Shown piece after piece: positions 1 to 10,839 of a stretch of 64,000 nucleotides of DNA. The translations under genes were made by a program, and so were the position numbers. The notes under the pieces are model-generated. The model saw only the letters and a program-made list of their open reading frames with translations, did no database searches and had not been told where the DNA came from. Source of the DNA: Clostridia bacterium (lineage in GTDB: Bacteria; Bacillota; Clostridia; UBA1212; DUPL01); NCBI GenBank assembly GCA_050951325.1, contig JBMNIW010000005.1:192001-256000 (forward strand), in the 5' to 3' direction. The first letter of the stretch is position 1. Every line of letters starts with the position of its first letter.

Positions 1-2
1 AC

Positions 3-32
3 TTGATAAGGATATTAAATTTATGGTATACT
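3..32 (+). promoter_or_regulatory. sigma-A-type promoter for the ABC transporter operon
   Basis: TTGATA (3-8), 18-nt spacer, TG-N-TATACT extended -10 (24-32) upstream of the 74 start. Confidence 0.5.
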
Positions 33-73
33 TCTGTATTGTAACATAAACAAAATGCTGTGGCAAAGAGGAG

Positions 74-814
74 ATGGGTTTAGTGGTATCAATAAGGGAA
101 GTCAGCAAAACTTATGGAAAAAAACAAGTCCCTGCTGTGGACAGCCTTAATCTTGAGATTAGGGAAGGAGAAATATTTGGATTTATTGGGCCAAATGGTG
201 CAGGAAAGACTACGACAATAAAGATGCTGACTGGCATTCTTCCACCTGACAAAGGTTCCATAGTAATAGCTGGCGTTGATCTGGTCAAGAACCCCGTTGA
301 AGCAAAAAGGAAAATCGGGTATGTGCCCGACAATCCAAACATATATGAGAGATTGACCGGCATGGAATATCTGGAGTTCATTGGAGATGTTTACGGCGTT
401 CCATATGCAGAGAGAAGGGAAAGAATCAACAAGTATATGAAGATGTTCGAAATGGAATTCTCCTTTAACGACCAGATAAGAAGCTATTCTCATGGTATGA
501 GGCAGAAACTTCTCATTACTGGAGCGCTTTTGCACAATCCAAAGGTATGGATTTTGGATGAGCCGCTTACCGGTCTTGATCCTAGATCCTCTTTTTTGCT
601 GAAAGAACAGATGAAAGAACACAAGAATAATGGTAATACTGTGTTTTTCTCAACACATATTCTGGAGGTTGCAGAGAAACTTTGCGACAGAATAGGAATA
701 ATTGACAAGGGAAGACTTATCCTTGTAGGTACTATAGAGGAGCTTAAGGAAAAAGCCCAAAAGAATTCTTCTTTGGAAGATGTCTTTATGACAATTACCG
801 GTCAAGAGGGATAA
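74..814 (+). CDS. ABC-2 type transporter ATP-binding subunit
   Basis: Walker A GPNGAGKTT, signature YSHGMRQK, Walker B ILDEP, H-loop STH. Confidence 0.95.
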   Translation: MGLVVSIREVSKTYGKKQVPAVDSLNLEIREGEIFGFIGPNGAGKTTTIKMLTGILPPDKGSIVIAGVDLVKNPVEAKRKIGYVPDNPNIYERLTGMEYLEFIGDVYGVPYAERRERINKYMKMFEMEFSFNDQIRSYSHGMRQKLLITGALLHNPKVWILDEPLTGLDPRSSFLLKEQMKEHKNNGNTVFFSTHILEVAEKLCDRIGIIDKGRLILVGTIEELKEKAQKNSSLEDVFMTITGQEG

Positions 815-816
815 TT

Positions 817-2482
817 ATGAATAGATTTAAAAAACTTCTGTTTTTTAGGCTTAAAAACATGCTGGGCATACCCCAGCTGAAATATATGATGAAGAACAAT
901 GAAAAAAGCCAGTTGTATCTCGCAGGCTTTCTACTATTGTTTTTAATAGTGGCAGCATCCTTGCTTGCACCATATTTTCTTATTCTAAATTTTGCATATG
1001 AGGCAACAGAGATTTTGGGAGACACAACCCTTTTTATCTCTCTGCTTACTTCGTCTGGACAAATTCTTTTACTGTTTACAGGAATTCTCTATTGTTTTAA
1101 TTCCATGTACACATCCAGGGATAGCGAGTTTTTGTTGTCATTGCCATTCCCTAGAGGGTATCTTTTCCTTTCCTCATACATTATGTCCTACATCATGAAC
1201 TTTTTTACAAGCCTTCTTTTGCTTATACCCGGGCTAGTTGTTTACCTGAACAAAGCAGGTGATATTTCCGTATTTATAAAAGGATTGATTTTATCAATAC
1301 TCTATCCAATAATACCGGTATCCTTGTCCATGATTATTGTCATACCCATAATGTATGCTGTAAACAGATTTAAACACAAGGACATTATTGCAACAGTGGC
1401 TGGATTTGTGCTTATGGTTCTTTTTATAACTGCAAATATGGCTTTTTCATCAAGCATGCAGGAAGGACAGGAAGCTGAATTTCTTGCAAAACTATTCAGT
1501 GAAAGAATTGACTTGCCAAAGCTGACAAAGGGGCTGGTCCCTTACTCTGCATTTATGAAGGAGTTCCTGGTAAATGAAAAGATTGGCGGAGCAACAAGCT
1601 TTGTTGTTCTTGCTGTTTTGTCTGCTTTTGTTGTTATTGTAGCTTATATGCTTTGTAGACGGCTTTATGAAAGTCTGCAGCAAAAAATCGGACATGCAGG
1701 AAAGAAAGAAAAAGCGGTGGATATAGCATGCAATCAAGGTAGGAAATCCAAGACTGGCATTTTGCAAAAAGGAAATTAAACTTATCTTGCGAAGTCCTGT
1801 TTATGCCTTGAATTGCCTTTTGAATATTGTTTTGGGACCGCTTGCTGTGATTTCAATATTTAAGCTGTCCACAAACAGCGAAGAAGCTGTTGCGTTGGAT
1901 GCTTTGGTAGAATCCTTCAGGGACAAACCATATGTTCTTCTATACATTTTCTATGGTTTTGTAATGTTTTTGACCTCCTTGAATTTTGCTCCATCAACTA
2001 CATTTTCAAGAGAAGGCGAGCATTTCTGGCTTACAAAGGTTATTCCTGTTCCCTATGTGGAGCAGGTTAAGGGTAGGATTTATGCCAGTGTAATATTCTA
2101 TCTTTGCTGCTGTGTTACGATGACAGTACTTCTACAGTTCTTTATCAGGCTTAAGCTTGTTTATTTCCTTTCTGTAATTGTTTTGATACTGGCAAGTGTT
2201 TTACAGATAACATATATGAGTTTGGCTGTTGATTTGATAAAACCAAAGCTGCATTGGTCGACAGAAGCGGAAGCGGTAAAGAGGAATTTCAACGCGGTAA
2301 TTGGGATGCTTTTGTCATTGGTGCTGGTGGTTATAAATGCATTGCCTGTATTTTTATCTGTTAAGGTAAACGCCAACTTAGGCATTGTATTAAGCCTTGT
2401 CATATCCATTGCAATTGCAATTTTATCAAGATATGTACTGATGAGATTAGTTAATGAAAGATATGAACTAATAAATGTTTAG
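817..2482 (+). pseudogene. ABC transporter permease split by a frameshift (ORFs 817-1779 and 1787-2482)
   Basis: Two polytopic membrane ORFs follow the ATPase. The second frame is open from 1727 and reads GNPRLAFCKKEIKLILRSPVY, the mid-protein motif of a single ~550-aa permease. No RBS precedes 1787. Confidence 0.7.
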
Positions 2483-2494
2483 AAGAGGTGTATT

Positions 2495-4744
2495 ATGGTA
2501 GAACTTATTAACGAGGGTGTATTTTACAAAAACGGTGAATTGGTTGCAGACAAGAATGCAAATTTTGAGGAGGTTGAAGCTGGCAGGAAGAAAACCATAA
2601 GTTATGGCATATTCTCAAAACATAATCATGGAAGTAATGATAAGGAGTTGAAAATCAAATTTGATGCGCTGGCATCACATGATATTACATATGTAGGAAT
2701 AATTCAAACAGCAAGAGCCAGTGGTCTTAAAGAATTTAAAGTACCTTATGTCCTTACCAACTGCCACAACAGCCTATGTGCGGTAGGCGGCACAATAAAC
2801 GAGGATGATCACGCTTTTGGTTTGTCTGCTGCAAAGAAATATGGCGGCATATTTGTGCCTGCGCATTTTGCGGTTATTCACCAATATATGAGGGAAATGT
2901 TTGCAGGATGTGGAAAAATGATAATTGGATCCGACAGTCATACAAGATATGGTGCACTTGGAACAATGGCAGTTGGCGAAGGAGGTCCGGAGCTTGTAAA
3001 GCAATTACTTGGAAGATATTATGAGATAAAGTATCCGGAAGTTATTGCTGTATATTTAACCGGAAGGCCAAAACCAGGAGTAGGCCCACAGGACGTGGCT
3101 TTAGCCTTGATTGGCAAAGTGTTTAAGAATGGATTTGTTAAAAACAAGGTGCTGGAGTTTATTGGACCTGGTGTAAAAAACTTGTCTGTTGATTACAGAA
3201 TGGGTATAGATGTAATGACTACTGAAACCACATGCTTGTCATCCATCTGGGAAACCGACGACAAGGTACGCAAATATTTGGAAGTTCATGGTCGAGCCAA
3301 CGACTTTAGCGAGCTTGCACCTCAGGAGGGCGCATACTATGATGGAGTTGTGGAAGTGAATCTTTCTGAAATAGAATGTATGATTGCTCTTCCTTTCCAT
3401 CCAAGTAATGTTTATACAATAAAGGAATTTTTGACGAATGCAAAAGACATACTGGCAGAAGTTGAAAAAGAAGGAAGAGAGCAGTATGGTGACAAAGTCA
3501 TGTCTTACAATCTTGTAGACAAGGTGGTCAATGGCAAGGTAATGGTTGACCAGGGTATTGTGGCAGGCTGCTCTGGCGGTACATATGAGAATGTATGTGC
3601 TGTAACCGATATCATAAAAGGAAAGAGAGTTGGTGCAGGCGGATTCAATTTCAGTGTATATCCTGCAAGCCAGCCTCTGTATTATGAACTGGTTAACAAT
3701 GGTTATATTCCTGAACTGATGCTTAGCGGTGCGGTTATCAGAAGCGCTTTTTGCGGTCCGTGTTTTGGTGCTGGAGACGTTCCTTCGCATAATGGATTAA
3801 GTATTAGACATACTACCCGAAACTTCCCGAACAGGGAAGGCTCAAAGCCATCCGAAGGCCAGATTTCATGGGTTGCCTTGATGGATGCCAGGTCTATTGC
3901 AGCCACCGCTGTTAATGGAGGTGTATTGACTCCTGCAACGGAGGTTTGTACTGAAGAAAAGGAATATGAGTATAAATTCAATAATATGGTTTATGAAAAC
4001 AGGGTGTACAATGGCTTTGGCAAGCCCATGCCGGAACATGAACTTAGGTTTGGTCCGAATATTGCTGACTGGCCAAAAATGCAACAACTGGGCGAAAATA
4101 TACTTCTTGAGGTTGCCTCGGTTATAACTGACCCTGTTACAACCACCGATGAACTCATTCCCAGTGGTGAAACCTCATCATTCCGTTCAAACCCATTGAG
4201 ACTTGCAGAGTTTACTCTATCGAGAAAAGATCCAAACTATGTAGGAAGAGCAAAGCAGATTCAAGCTTTGGAAAAGGCAAGACTTAATAGTGAATATGAC
4301 AAGCTTGATGCTGTATTTAGTGGTATAGGCGATGCAAAGGAACTTGCTCCTGTTACTCAAATAGGCAGTGTAGTATATGCCGTAAAGCCTGGAGATGGTT
4401 CTGCTAGAGAGCAAGCTGCATCTTGCCAGAAAGTGCTTGGTGGATATGCGAATATAGCATGTGCTTATGCAACAAAGAGATACAGAAGCAACCTTATCAA
4501 CTGGGGAATTCTGCCTTTTACTACATTGAACGGAGAACATGTTGAGTTCAATGTAGGTGACAGAATATTTATTAAAGGTATCAGGAAGGCTGTAGAGGAC
4601 GGAAGTGAGCAAGTAAATGCCAAAGTATACGGCATTGATGGAGTTAGAGACATCAATCTTTGTCTAAATGATTTGTCAGATAATGAAAGAGAAATTTTGC
4701 TTTCGGGCTGTTTGATAAATTACTACAATATTCAGGAGGATTGA
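2495..4744 (+). CDS. aconitase-family hydratase (YbhJ-like; probable aconitate hydratase)
   Basis: [20 protein letters not shown] Fe-S motifs, [10 protein letters not shown], swivel-domain TTTDELIP and [10 protein letters not shown]. Confidence 0.9.
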   Translation: MVELINEGVFYKNGELVADKNANFEEVEAGRKKTISYGIFSKHNHGSNDKELKIKFDALASHDITYVGIIQTARASGLKEFKVPYVLTNCHNSLCAVGGTINEDDHAFGLSAAKKYGGIFVPAHFAVIHQYMREMFAGCGKMIIGSDSHTRYGALGTMAVGEGGPELVKQLLGRYYEIKYPEVIAVYLTGRPKPGVGPQDVALALIGKVFKNGFVKNKVLEFIGPGVKNLSVDYRMGIDVMTTETTCLSSIWETDDKVRKYLEVHGRANDFSELAPQEGAYYDGVVEVNLSEIECMIALPFHPSNVYTIKEFLTNAKDILAEVEKEGREQYGDKVMSYNLVDKVVNGKVMVDQGIVAGCSGGTYENVCAVTDIIKGKRVGAGGFNFSVYPASQPLYYELVNNGYIPELMLSGAVIRSAFCGPCFGAGDVPSHNGLSIRHTTRNFPNREGSKPSEGQISWVALMDARSIAATAVNGGVLTPATEVCTEEKEYEYKFNNMVYENRVYNGFGKPMPEHELRFGPNIADWPKMQQLGENILLEVASVITDPVTTTDELIPSGETSSFRSNPLRLAEFTLSRKDPNYVGRAKQIQALEKARLNSEYDKLDAVFSGIGDAKELAPVTQIGSVVYAVKPGDGSAREQAASCQKVLGGYANIACAYATKRYRSNLINWGILPFTTLNGEHVEFNVGDRIFIKGIRKAVEDGSEQVNAKVYGIDGVRDINLCLNDLSDNEREILLSGCLINYYNIQED

Positions 4745-4745
4745 C

Positions 4746-5366
4746 ATGAATAGAATAGTTAGAAATGTAATTGGTTTTTTGTTGGTTTTTGGTATTGTAT
4801 TTGCCATAACAGGCTGCAAAAAAGAAGAGGATTATTCAAATGTTGAAAACCCTATTGTTACTATGGAGTTTGAAGAATTTGGAGTTGTGGAAATCGAACT
4901 TTATCCACAGGTGGCTCCAAATACAGTCAAGAACTTTATTCACTTAATCGAAAACGGTTTTTATGACGGTCTGACAATTCACAGAATTGTACCTGGTTTT
5001 GTAATCCAGGGAGGAGATCCAAATGGTGATGGTACCGGAGGTCCGGGATATACAATAAAAGGAGAATTCAAGTCAAACGGATATAATAAAAACAATCTAA
5101 AACACACCCAGGGAGTAATATCCATGGCCAGAAGACCAACCTCAAACAATTCTGCCGGCTCCCAGTTTTTTATAATGCTTGCAGACCATTCATCTCTCGA
5201 TGGAGATTATGCTGCGTTTGGAAAAGTAATTAGTGGCATGGATGTTGTTTTTGATATTAGTACTGTAGCGACAAATAAAGAAAGACCAGTTGACCCTGTG
5301 GTTATAAAAAAGGTTACGGTGGATACAAAAGGACACACTTACAGTGAGCCTGACAAAATAAAATAA
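4746..5366 (+). CDS. cyclophilin-type peptidyl-prolyl cis-trans isomerase, lipoprotein
   Basis: Lipobox ITGC; FYDGLTIHRIVPGFVIQGGDP, SMAR, AGSQFFI. Confidence 0.93.
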   Translation: MNRIVRNVIGFLLVFGIVFAITGCKKEEDYSNVENPIVTMEFEEFGVVEIELYPQVAPNTVKNFIHLIENGFYDGLTIHRIVPGFVIQGGDPNGDGTGGPGYTIKGEFKSNGYNKNNLKHTQGVISMARRPTSNNSAGSQFFIMLADHSSLDGDYAAFGKVISGMDVVFDISTVATNKERPVDPVVIKKVTVDTKGHTYSEPDKIK

Positions 5367-5384
5367 CAATGAAGTAGGTGACTT

Positions 5385-6749
5385 ATGAAAGAATTTTACG
5401 GAGATGATGTTTTTTTGGAAAATGAAGTGGCAGTGGAATTGTATAATGCTGTAAAAGAACTGCCCATATACGATTATCATTGCCACATGTCAGCAAAAGA
5501 CATTTTTGAGGACAAACAATTTGACAACATAGGCGAAATGTGGTTGGGCGGCGACCATTACAAGTGGCGTGCCATGAGACAGTGCGGAATCAATGAAGAA
5601 CTTGTAACCGGAAACGCAAGCATGCATGACAAGTTTATAGCTTTTGCCTCAATATTGCCAAAGCTTCCAGGCAGCCCTATATATCAATGGGCGCATATGG
5701 AGCTAAAGACTGTATTTGGCATTAGCGATCCTTTAAGTGCTGACAATGCTGAAGAAGTCTGGCAGGAGGCAAACAAGGTAATAAAAGAAAAGGGGTATAG
5801 TCCTTCAAAAATGCTTGAGCTTTTTAATGTCGAGGTTGTATGCACCACGGATGACCCGATTGATGATTTGGAGTACCATAAGAAGCTTAAGGATTACAAA
5901 ACCAAGGTGCGTCCAACATACAGACCCGACAGAATAATGTATATTGAGAAGGATGACTTTGTTGAGTACATTGGAAAGCTTGGAGCAGATTCCTTTGATT
6001 CATTGTTGAAGATTTCAGAAGACAGACTGCGTTATTTTATCGATGCAGGTTGCAAAGTGTCCGATCATGCAATATCCAAGTTCCCAAAAGTCCAAGGGAC
6101 TTACGAAGAAGCAAAAAATGCTTTTGATAAAAAGATGAAAGGCATGCAACTTGATCAAAATGAAATGGATGCATATGTGGATTACATGCTTTTATTCTTT
6201 ATTGGATTGTATAAAAAGCATGACATTACCATGCAGCTCCACATGTCGCCCCTTAGAAATGCGAACACAAACATGTTTAAGGCAATAGGAGCTGACACGG
6301 GTTTTGATACCATTGGAACTGCTGTAACAGCAGAGAAGCTTGTAGATATTCTGGATAGGGCAAACACTCAGACGGGATTACCCAAGATTGTATTCTATTC
6401 ATTGAATCCTGTTGCAGATAATATGATAGCTACAGTTATTGGTTCGTTTTCAGAAGATATCCCCGGAAAGATGCAGCTTGGTTCTGCCTGGTGGTTTAAC
6501 GACCATGTTCAGGGTATTGAAAGACAACTTACAATATCAGCAAACAGCGGTCTTTTGGGTAACTTCATAGGAATGCTGACAGACAGCAGAAGCTTTACCT
6601 CATACGTACGCTTTGATTACTTTAGACGTATTCTTTGTTCTGTAGTATCGCGATACGTTGTAGGAGGGGAATACCCAGGTGGAGATACAGCAATCCAGCT
6701 GGTCAAGGATGTATGTTATTACAATGTGAAGAAATATATTGGGATATAA
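5385..6749 (+). CDS. uxaC: glucuronate (uronate) isomerase
   Basis: PIYDYHCH, GDHYKWRAMR, CTTDDP, AWWFND, GMLTDSRSFTSY. Confidence 0.95.
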   Translation: MKEFYGDDVFLENEVAVELYNAVKELPIYDYHCHMSAKDIFEDKQFDNIGEMWLGGDHYKWRAMRQCGINEELVTGNASMHDKFIAFASILPKLPGSPIYQWAHMELKTVFGISDPLSADNAEEVWQEANKVIKEKGYSPSKMLELFNVEVVCTTDDPIDDLEYHKKLKDYKTKVRPTYRPDRIMYIEKDDFVEYIGKLGADSFDSLLKISEDRLRYFIDAGCKVSDHAISKFPKVQGTYEEAKNAFDKKMKGMQLDQNEMDAYVDYMLLFFIGLYKKHDITMQLHMSPLRNANTNMFKAIGADTGFDTIGTAVTAEKLVDILDRANTQTGLPKIVFYSLNPVADNMIATVIGSFSEDIPGKMQLGSAWWFNDHVQGIERQLTISANSGLLGNFIGMLTDSRSFTSYVRFDYFRRILCSVVSRYVVGGEYPGGDTAIQLVKDVCYYNVKKYIGI

Positions 6750-6751
6750 TT

Positions 6752-6790
6752 AAAAATGACGTCAGCCATATTAAGGCTGGCGTCATTTTT
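6752..6790. terminator. bidirectional intrinsic terminator
   Basis: AAAAATGACGTCAGCC / GGCTGGCGTCATTTTT inverted repeat between convergent genes. Confidence 0.85.
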
Positions 6791-6791
6791 G

Positions 6792-7214
6792 TTAATCCTT
6801 TTCGATATTGAATGCAAATATGCCTTTTCCGGCCTTGTTGTTTACTACAAGGCATATGAAATTGTATGTAACTCCGCCTACTTTCACTGTTCCTCCTATT
6901 TTGCATGATGATCCCTTGTGTTCCGAAGTATAAGCAGCTACATTTATGCTTGTAGTTTTTAAATCGGTTACGTCCCCAGAAAGAATAATGTTATTGTCTG
7001 TCAACTGTTTTACGAAATCTTCAATAACATCTTCATCTTCCTTTGCATCAGGATGCAGAAGCTCTTCAGCCTTTTCGTATTCATTTGCTACAATAGCTTC
7101 AAGAAAATCAGTGGTGTATTTTTTTGCTTCACTTGTGCTGACTGTATTTCCGCAAGAAGTCAAAAGAAAAATACCAATGAGAATAAAAAGAATCAACGCT
7201 ATTTTTCTTTTCAT
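6792..7214 (-). CDS. small lipoprotein of unknown function
   Basis: MKRK + hydrophobic core + lipobox LTSC; RBS GAGGTG 9 nt upstream of ATG 7214. Confidence 0.75.
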   Translation of the reverse strand: MKRKIALILFILIGIFLLTSCGNTVSTSEAKKYTTDFLEAIVANEYEKAEELLHPDAKEDEDVIEDFVKQLTDNNIILSGDVTDLKTTSINVAAYTSEHKGSSCKIGGTVKVGGVTYNFICLVVNNKAGKGIFAFNIEKD

Positions 7215-7334
7215 TACCAAAATCACCTCTTTTTATATTATCTAGATTAACTATCCTATAAAAATAAAATAAAGTAAAGACTATGAAACTTTTTTATGAT
7301 AGATTTACACTTATATATTGAAGGCGGTGATAAA

Positions 7335-7871
7335 GTGGTCGACCAGGACATAAACAGCTTTTTTAATGAAATTTATGACAGGACCTTTAAAAATACAATA
7401 CGATATATAACTGCAAAATGCTCCAATGTTGACGACATTCATGAGATTGTCCAGGAGGTGTATGCGGATGTTTATTCTACGCTTGTAAATAAAGGTGTCG
7501 GATACATAAAAAATCCTGAAGCCTTTATTGCCAAGGTAACCAAATCAAAAGTATACAGGCATTACTCATTGTTGGAAAGAATCAGAGGAGTGGTAATTAG
7601 TAATGAAAATGGTGTGGATGATTATGGTGTTGAAACTCTTGAGACCTATACGATAGAGGAAGAGGTAATAAACAAGCAGATGGTGGATGATGTGTTTGAA
7701 CATCTATCAAAAAAAACTGACGATGTAAAAAGAATATTCTATCTATTCTATTATGTCGATATGACAATTGAGGAAATTGCAAACGATCTTGATATTAGCG
7801 TATCGAATGTAAAAAACAAGTTATATCGTACTGTGAGGGAGTTAAGAACAATATATGGGAAGGGTGAGTGA
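7335..7871 (+). CDS. ECF-type RNA polymerase sigma factor
   Basis: Region 2 (DIHEIVQEVY) and region 4 HTH (MTIEEIANDLDISVSNVKNKLYR); GTG start after GGCGGTGA. Confidence 0.85.
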   Translation: MVDQDINSFFNEIYDRTFKNTIRYITAKCSNVDDIHEIVQEVYADVYSTLVNKGVGYIKNPEAFIAKVTKSKVYRHYSLLERIRGVVISNENGVDDYGVETLETYTIEEEVINKQMVDDVFEHLSKKTDDVKRIFYLFYYVDMTIEEIANDLDISVSNVKNKLYRTVRELRTIYGKGE

Positions 7872-8778
7872 GGTGAAAGAAAAGGAATTTCTTAAGAATG
7901 TAATTGAGAACAAAGTTATGCAAAAAGAAAGAATTCGAGAAAGAATAATAAATCAAGGGCATAAGAAGGAGGTACTGCCAATGAAAAAGAAGTTTACCAT
8001 AGCTGCATCTATTGTACTTGTATTTGTGATTGTTTTTGCAACGTATGCGTATGTTGATGCTAAGGAGTACAAGGAAGCTGTTCTTTTTCTGAATGAAATA
8101 GGTATTCAGGAAGGAATGCTGTCCCGTTCTGAAACAAAGAAAGTATACAAGGATATAAAATCCGGCAATTTTGATGAGCCTGTAACCAATGCAGTTCTTA
8201 CAAAGGTCGCTGAGAATTATGGCTTGAATATTGAAAATCAAAAAGCTGAAGAAATCTATGCATCAATACGTACCTACAACATGCTTACCTATACTAAAAA
8301 GATTTTGTCTGAAGATGTCTTGAATATTGAAAAGGGCATGACATACAAGGAGATAATTGATTTGCTGGGTGAGACAAAGGATATTGGTACTGTTGATGAG
8401 CATACTCTCATGTATGTGGTGGATGGAACAAAACTTCTCTACCTGAAGTTTTCTGATGAAGACGATGTGTGTGAATTGTCAGGAAAAGAACTTTTGGATA
8501 CTCTTGTAAATGCTGTACAGGATCAAAAAGACAAAAACACATTTAAAGCGACAGTAATCAGCAAAGGTAAAAACCATGTTTTTCTATCCTGTCCTACCTA
8601 TGAGCTTTTTGATTCTATTTACCTTATGATTGATGATAAGACAGAGATTGTGTTTGAGGATGGTACAAAAGCTACAGTGGACGATATTGAAGGAGAAGTT
8701 ATTGCAACCTTTACTGGAGGCATACGTGAAAGCTATCCTCCTCAGTCAAATGCAAAGAAGATAGTTATAATTAGATAG
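7855..8778 (+). CDS. single-pass membrane protein, putative anti-sigma factor
   Basis: Overlaps the sigma stop codon; short cytoplasmic N-terminus, one TM helix, large extracellular part containing IEKGMTYKEIIDLLG. Confidence 0.6.
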   Translation: MGRVSEVKEKEFLKNVIENKVMQKERIRERIINQGHKKEVLPMKKKFTIAASIVLVFVIVFATYAYVDAKEYKEAVLFLNEIGIQEGMLSRSETKKVYKDIKSGNFDEPVTNAVLTKVAENYGLNIENQKAEEIYASIRTYNMLTYTKKILSEDVLNIEKGMTYKEIIDLLGETKDIGTVDEHTLMYVVDGTKLLYLKFSDEDDVCELSGKELLDTLVNAVQDQKDKNTFKATVISKGKNHVFLSCPTYELFDSIYLMIDDKTEIVFEDGTKATVDDIEGEVIATFTGGIRESYPPQSNAKKIVIIR

Positions 8779-8788
8779 GGAAGAGAGT

Positions 8789-8814
8789 ATCAAGGCAGGA
8801 TTTCCTGCCTTGAT
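8789..8814 (+). terminator. intrinsic terminator
   Basis: ATCAAGGCAGGA / TCCTGCCTTGAT hairpin. Confidence 0.7.
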
Positions 8815-8870
8815 GCATTTTCGGCCATTATGTGGTATGATATATATAATAATGGTTGGAGGTAAATATA

Positions 8871-9917
8871 TTGGGTTGGCGTTTTAGACGAAGTATTAAA
8901 ATTGCTGATGGTGTACGGCTAAACTTTGGAAAGAGCGGTGTCAGCCTAAGTGCAGGCACTAGAGGTTTAAGACGCACATATCACACTAGTGGCAGGGTTA
9001 CAACATCTATTGGCATACCTGGAACTGGACTTTCTTATGTCACAACAAACAGTAAGAGAAAATATGAAAAGTCAGGCAGGAATTATTCGCAACTCAGCAA
9101 TATCAATGCTGTAAACAACTATGAATATTACATCAACCTTATAAGATCCCTTCACAAAGAAGGCCTGGAACCAATTGACTGGCAATCCATAGCTGAGGAA
9201 GAGGAGCCTTTTAAAAAGGGGGAAATGGGACCTTTGCAGAATGAGGCGGTTTTACGCTATGAGGAATATAAACCGGGAGTTCTTGAAAAGGTTTTCTCAT
9301 CTTTATTGGCTAAGAAAAAGGAGAAATTGAAACAACATATATTGTGGGCGGAGGGGGAGGATGCAAAGGTATACGAGGAGTGGGAGAACAGGGCGAGGTT
9401 TGCCAATGGTATTATTGAGTGTAATGAGCAAGTTTGTACAACCTTGTTGGATGAGATTAAACCGTTTTCAGATATTGAAGCTTTCTGTGAAGTAAGAAGG
9501 TGTAACTTTAGAAAAAATGGTATAGAAATTGATGTCATAATCAAGAAGGATGTTGTCCCAGACCATTCTCTTTCTCTAACCAAAACGTACAAAATCTCAA
9601 AAAAGGATTTAACCCAAACCACATATTACGACATTATGCAGGACTATGTTTGCAGCTTATGCTTTCGAATTGCAAGAGACATGTTTGCAATTTTTCATTC
9701 AAATACGGTTCTTGTTAATGCATTGAAGACAGTCTTGAACACTTCTACTGGTTATTACGAAGATGTTCCCATATTGTCAATAAAGTTCAACAGAGGAATT
9801 TTTGATATGTTGAATCTGGACAGGATTGATCCCTCCGATGCACTGAAAAATTTTATGCATAACATGGAATTTTTAAAGACGAAGGGATTCAAACCTATAA
9901 AGAAGCTTACGCTTTAA
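8871..9917 (+). CDS. DUF4236-domain protein
   Basis: N-terminal GWRFRRSIKIADGVRLNFGKSGVSLSAG...TTSIGIPGTGLSY; RBS GGAGGT before TTG. Confidence 0.8.
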   Translation: MGWRFRRSIKIADGVRLNFGKSGVSLSAGTRGLRRTYHTSGRVTTSIGIPGTGLSYVTTNSKRKYEKSGRNYSQLSNINAVNNYEYYINLIRSLHKEGLEPIDWQSIAEEEEPFKKGEMGPLQNEAVLRYEEYKPGVLEKVFSSLLAKKKEKLKQHILWAEGEDAKVYEEWENRARFANGIIECNEQVCTTLLDEIKPFSDIEAFCEVRRCNFRKNGIEIDVIIKKDVVPDHSLSLTKTYKISKKDLTQTTYYDIMQDYVCSLCFRIARDMFAIFHSNTVLVNALKTVLNTSTGYYEDVPILSIKFNRGIFDMLNLDRIDPSDALKNFMHNMEFLKTKGFKPIKKLTL

Positions 9918-9923
9918 TCGTTG

Positions 9924-9964
9924 TAAAAATCCTGAACTTCCATAAACGGAAATTCAGGATTTTA
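9924..9964. terminator. bidirectional intrinsic terminator
   Basis: TAAAAATCCTGAA..CC / GG..TTCAGGATTTTTA between convergent genes. Confidence 0.8.
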
Positions 9965-9966
9965 TA

Positions 9967-10608
9967 TCAAATGGTTATATATCCGTCATGTACTATAATC
10001 GCATCCAGCTTTCTGCCATGTTTGCATAAAGGGCATTCGCTTGGCTGATACAGCTTGTAACCCGGTATGTCATTACTTGTAAATAAGGAGTTTACTACAT
10101 GGGTATGCTGACCGGGAAGAGCGTCATACAATGCGGATACACCAACAAGATTTCCTCCGTAATAGGTTAGACACTCAAGGGCACTATTCATTGTTATTCC
10201 ACTTGAAACTGATGAAAGCAAAACTATTATATTTTTGCTAGAGATTTGCTTTTGCATGTTGCTTTGGAACATCAGATTCTTGTTGACATTGCTGATGGGA
10301 GTAACCACATAAATCTCTTTACCAGAATTTACTACGTTTCTTCCATCTTTCATTAGTTCTTCTGCAAGATATGCCCCTATAACTTCCGTACCTTCAAGAC
10401 AAATAATCGTATCAACAATTGTTGTGGAAAGATAGGGCTTGGCAAGTTCGACTGCTACATCTCTTGCAATCAGTGCATTTTTCTTCATTTTCTCAAGATC
10501 GAGATAATGAGTCATATGAAAATGGTTTGTAGTAAAATGGCCTGGTATAGCCTTCATAGTGATAACCGAATTTCTATCTAGTGAAACATTAAAGCCGTCA
10601 TATATCAT
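9967..10608 (-). CDS. phosphoribosyltransferase-fold protein (orotate PRTase-like)
   Basis: PGHFTTNHFHMTHYLD, degenerate PRPP loop IIVLLSSVSSG, C-terminal CPLC. Confidence 0.7.
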   Translation of the reverse strand: MIYDGFNVSLDRNSVITMKAIPGHFTTNHFHMTHYLDLEKMKKNALIARDVAVELAKPYLSTTIVDTIICLEGTEVIGAYLAEELMKDGRNVVNSGKEIYVVTPISNVNKNLMFQSNMQKQISSKNIIVLLSSVSSGITMNSALECLTYYGGNLVGVSALYDALPGQHTHVVNSLFTSNDIPGYKLYQPSECPLCKHGRKLDAIIVHDGYITI

Positions 10609-10839
10609 TTTGGCACACTCCTTAAAAGATTGATATTATTAATGGCCAGATTCGTTCTTTCTTTATTAGGTTGAATATATCATAATTGAATGTCAAATGC
10701 AAGATGTCAAATTATCATGTAAAATTAGTGTAAATGCTCAAAAGTATAATATTAAAATTGACATTGAATTGGATTAAATATATAGTAAACTTGTTTGTGT
10801 TTAAAATCATTGCACAAATATATATGAAGGAGACATGGT

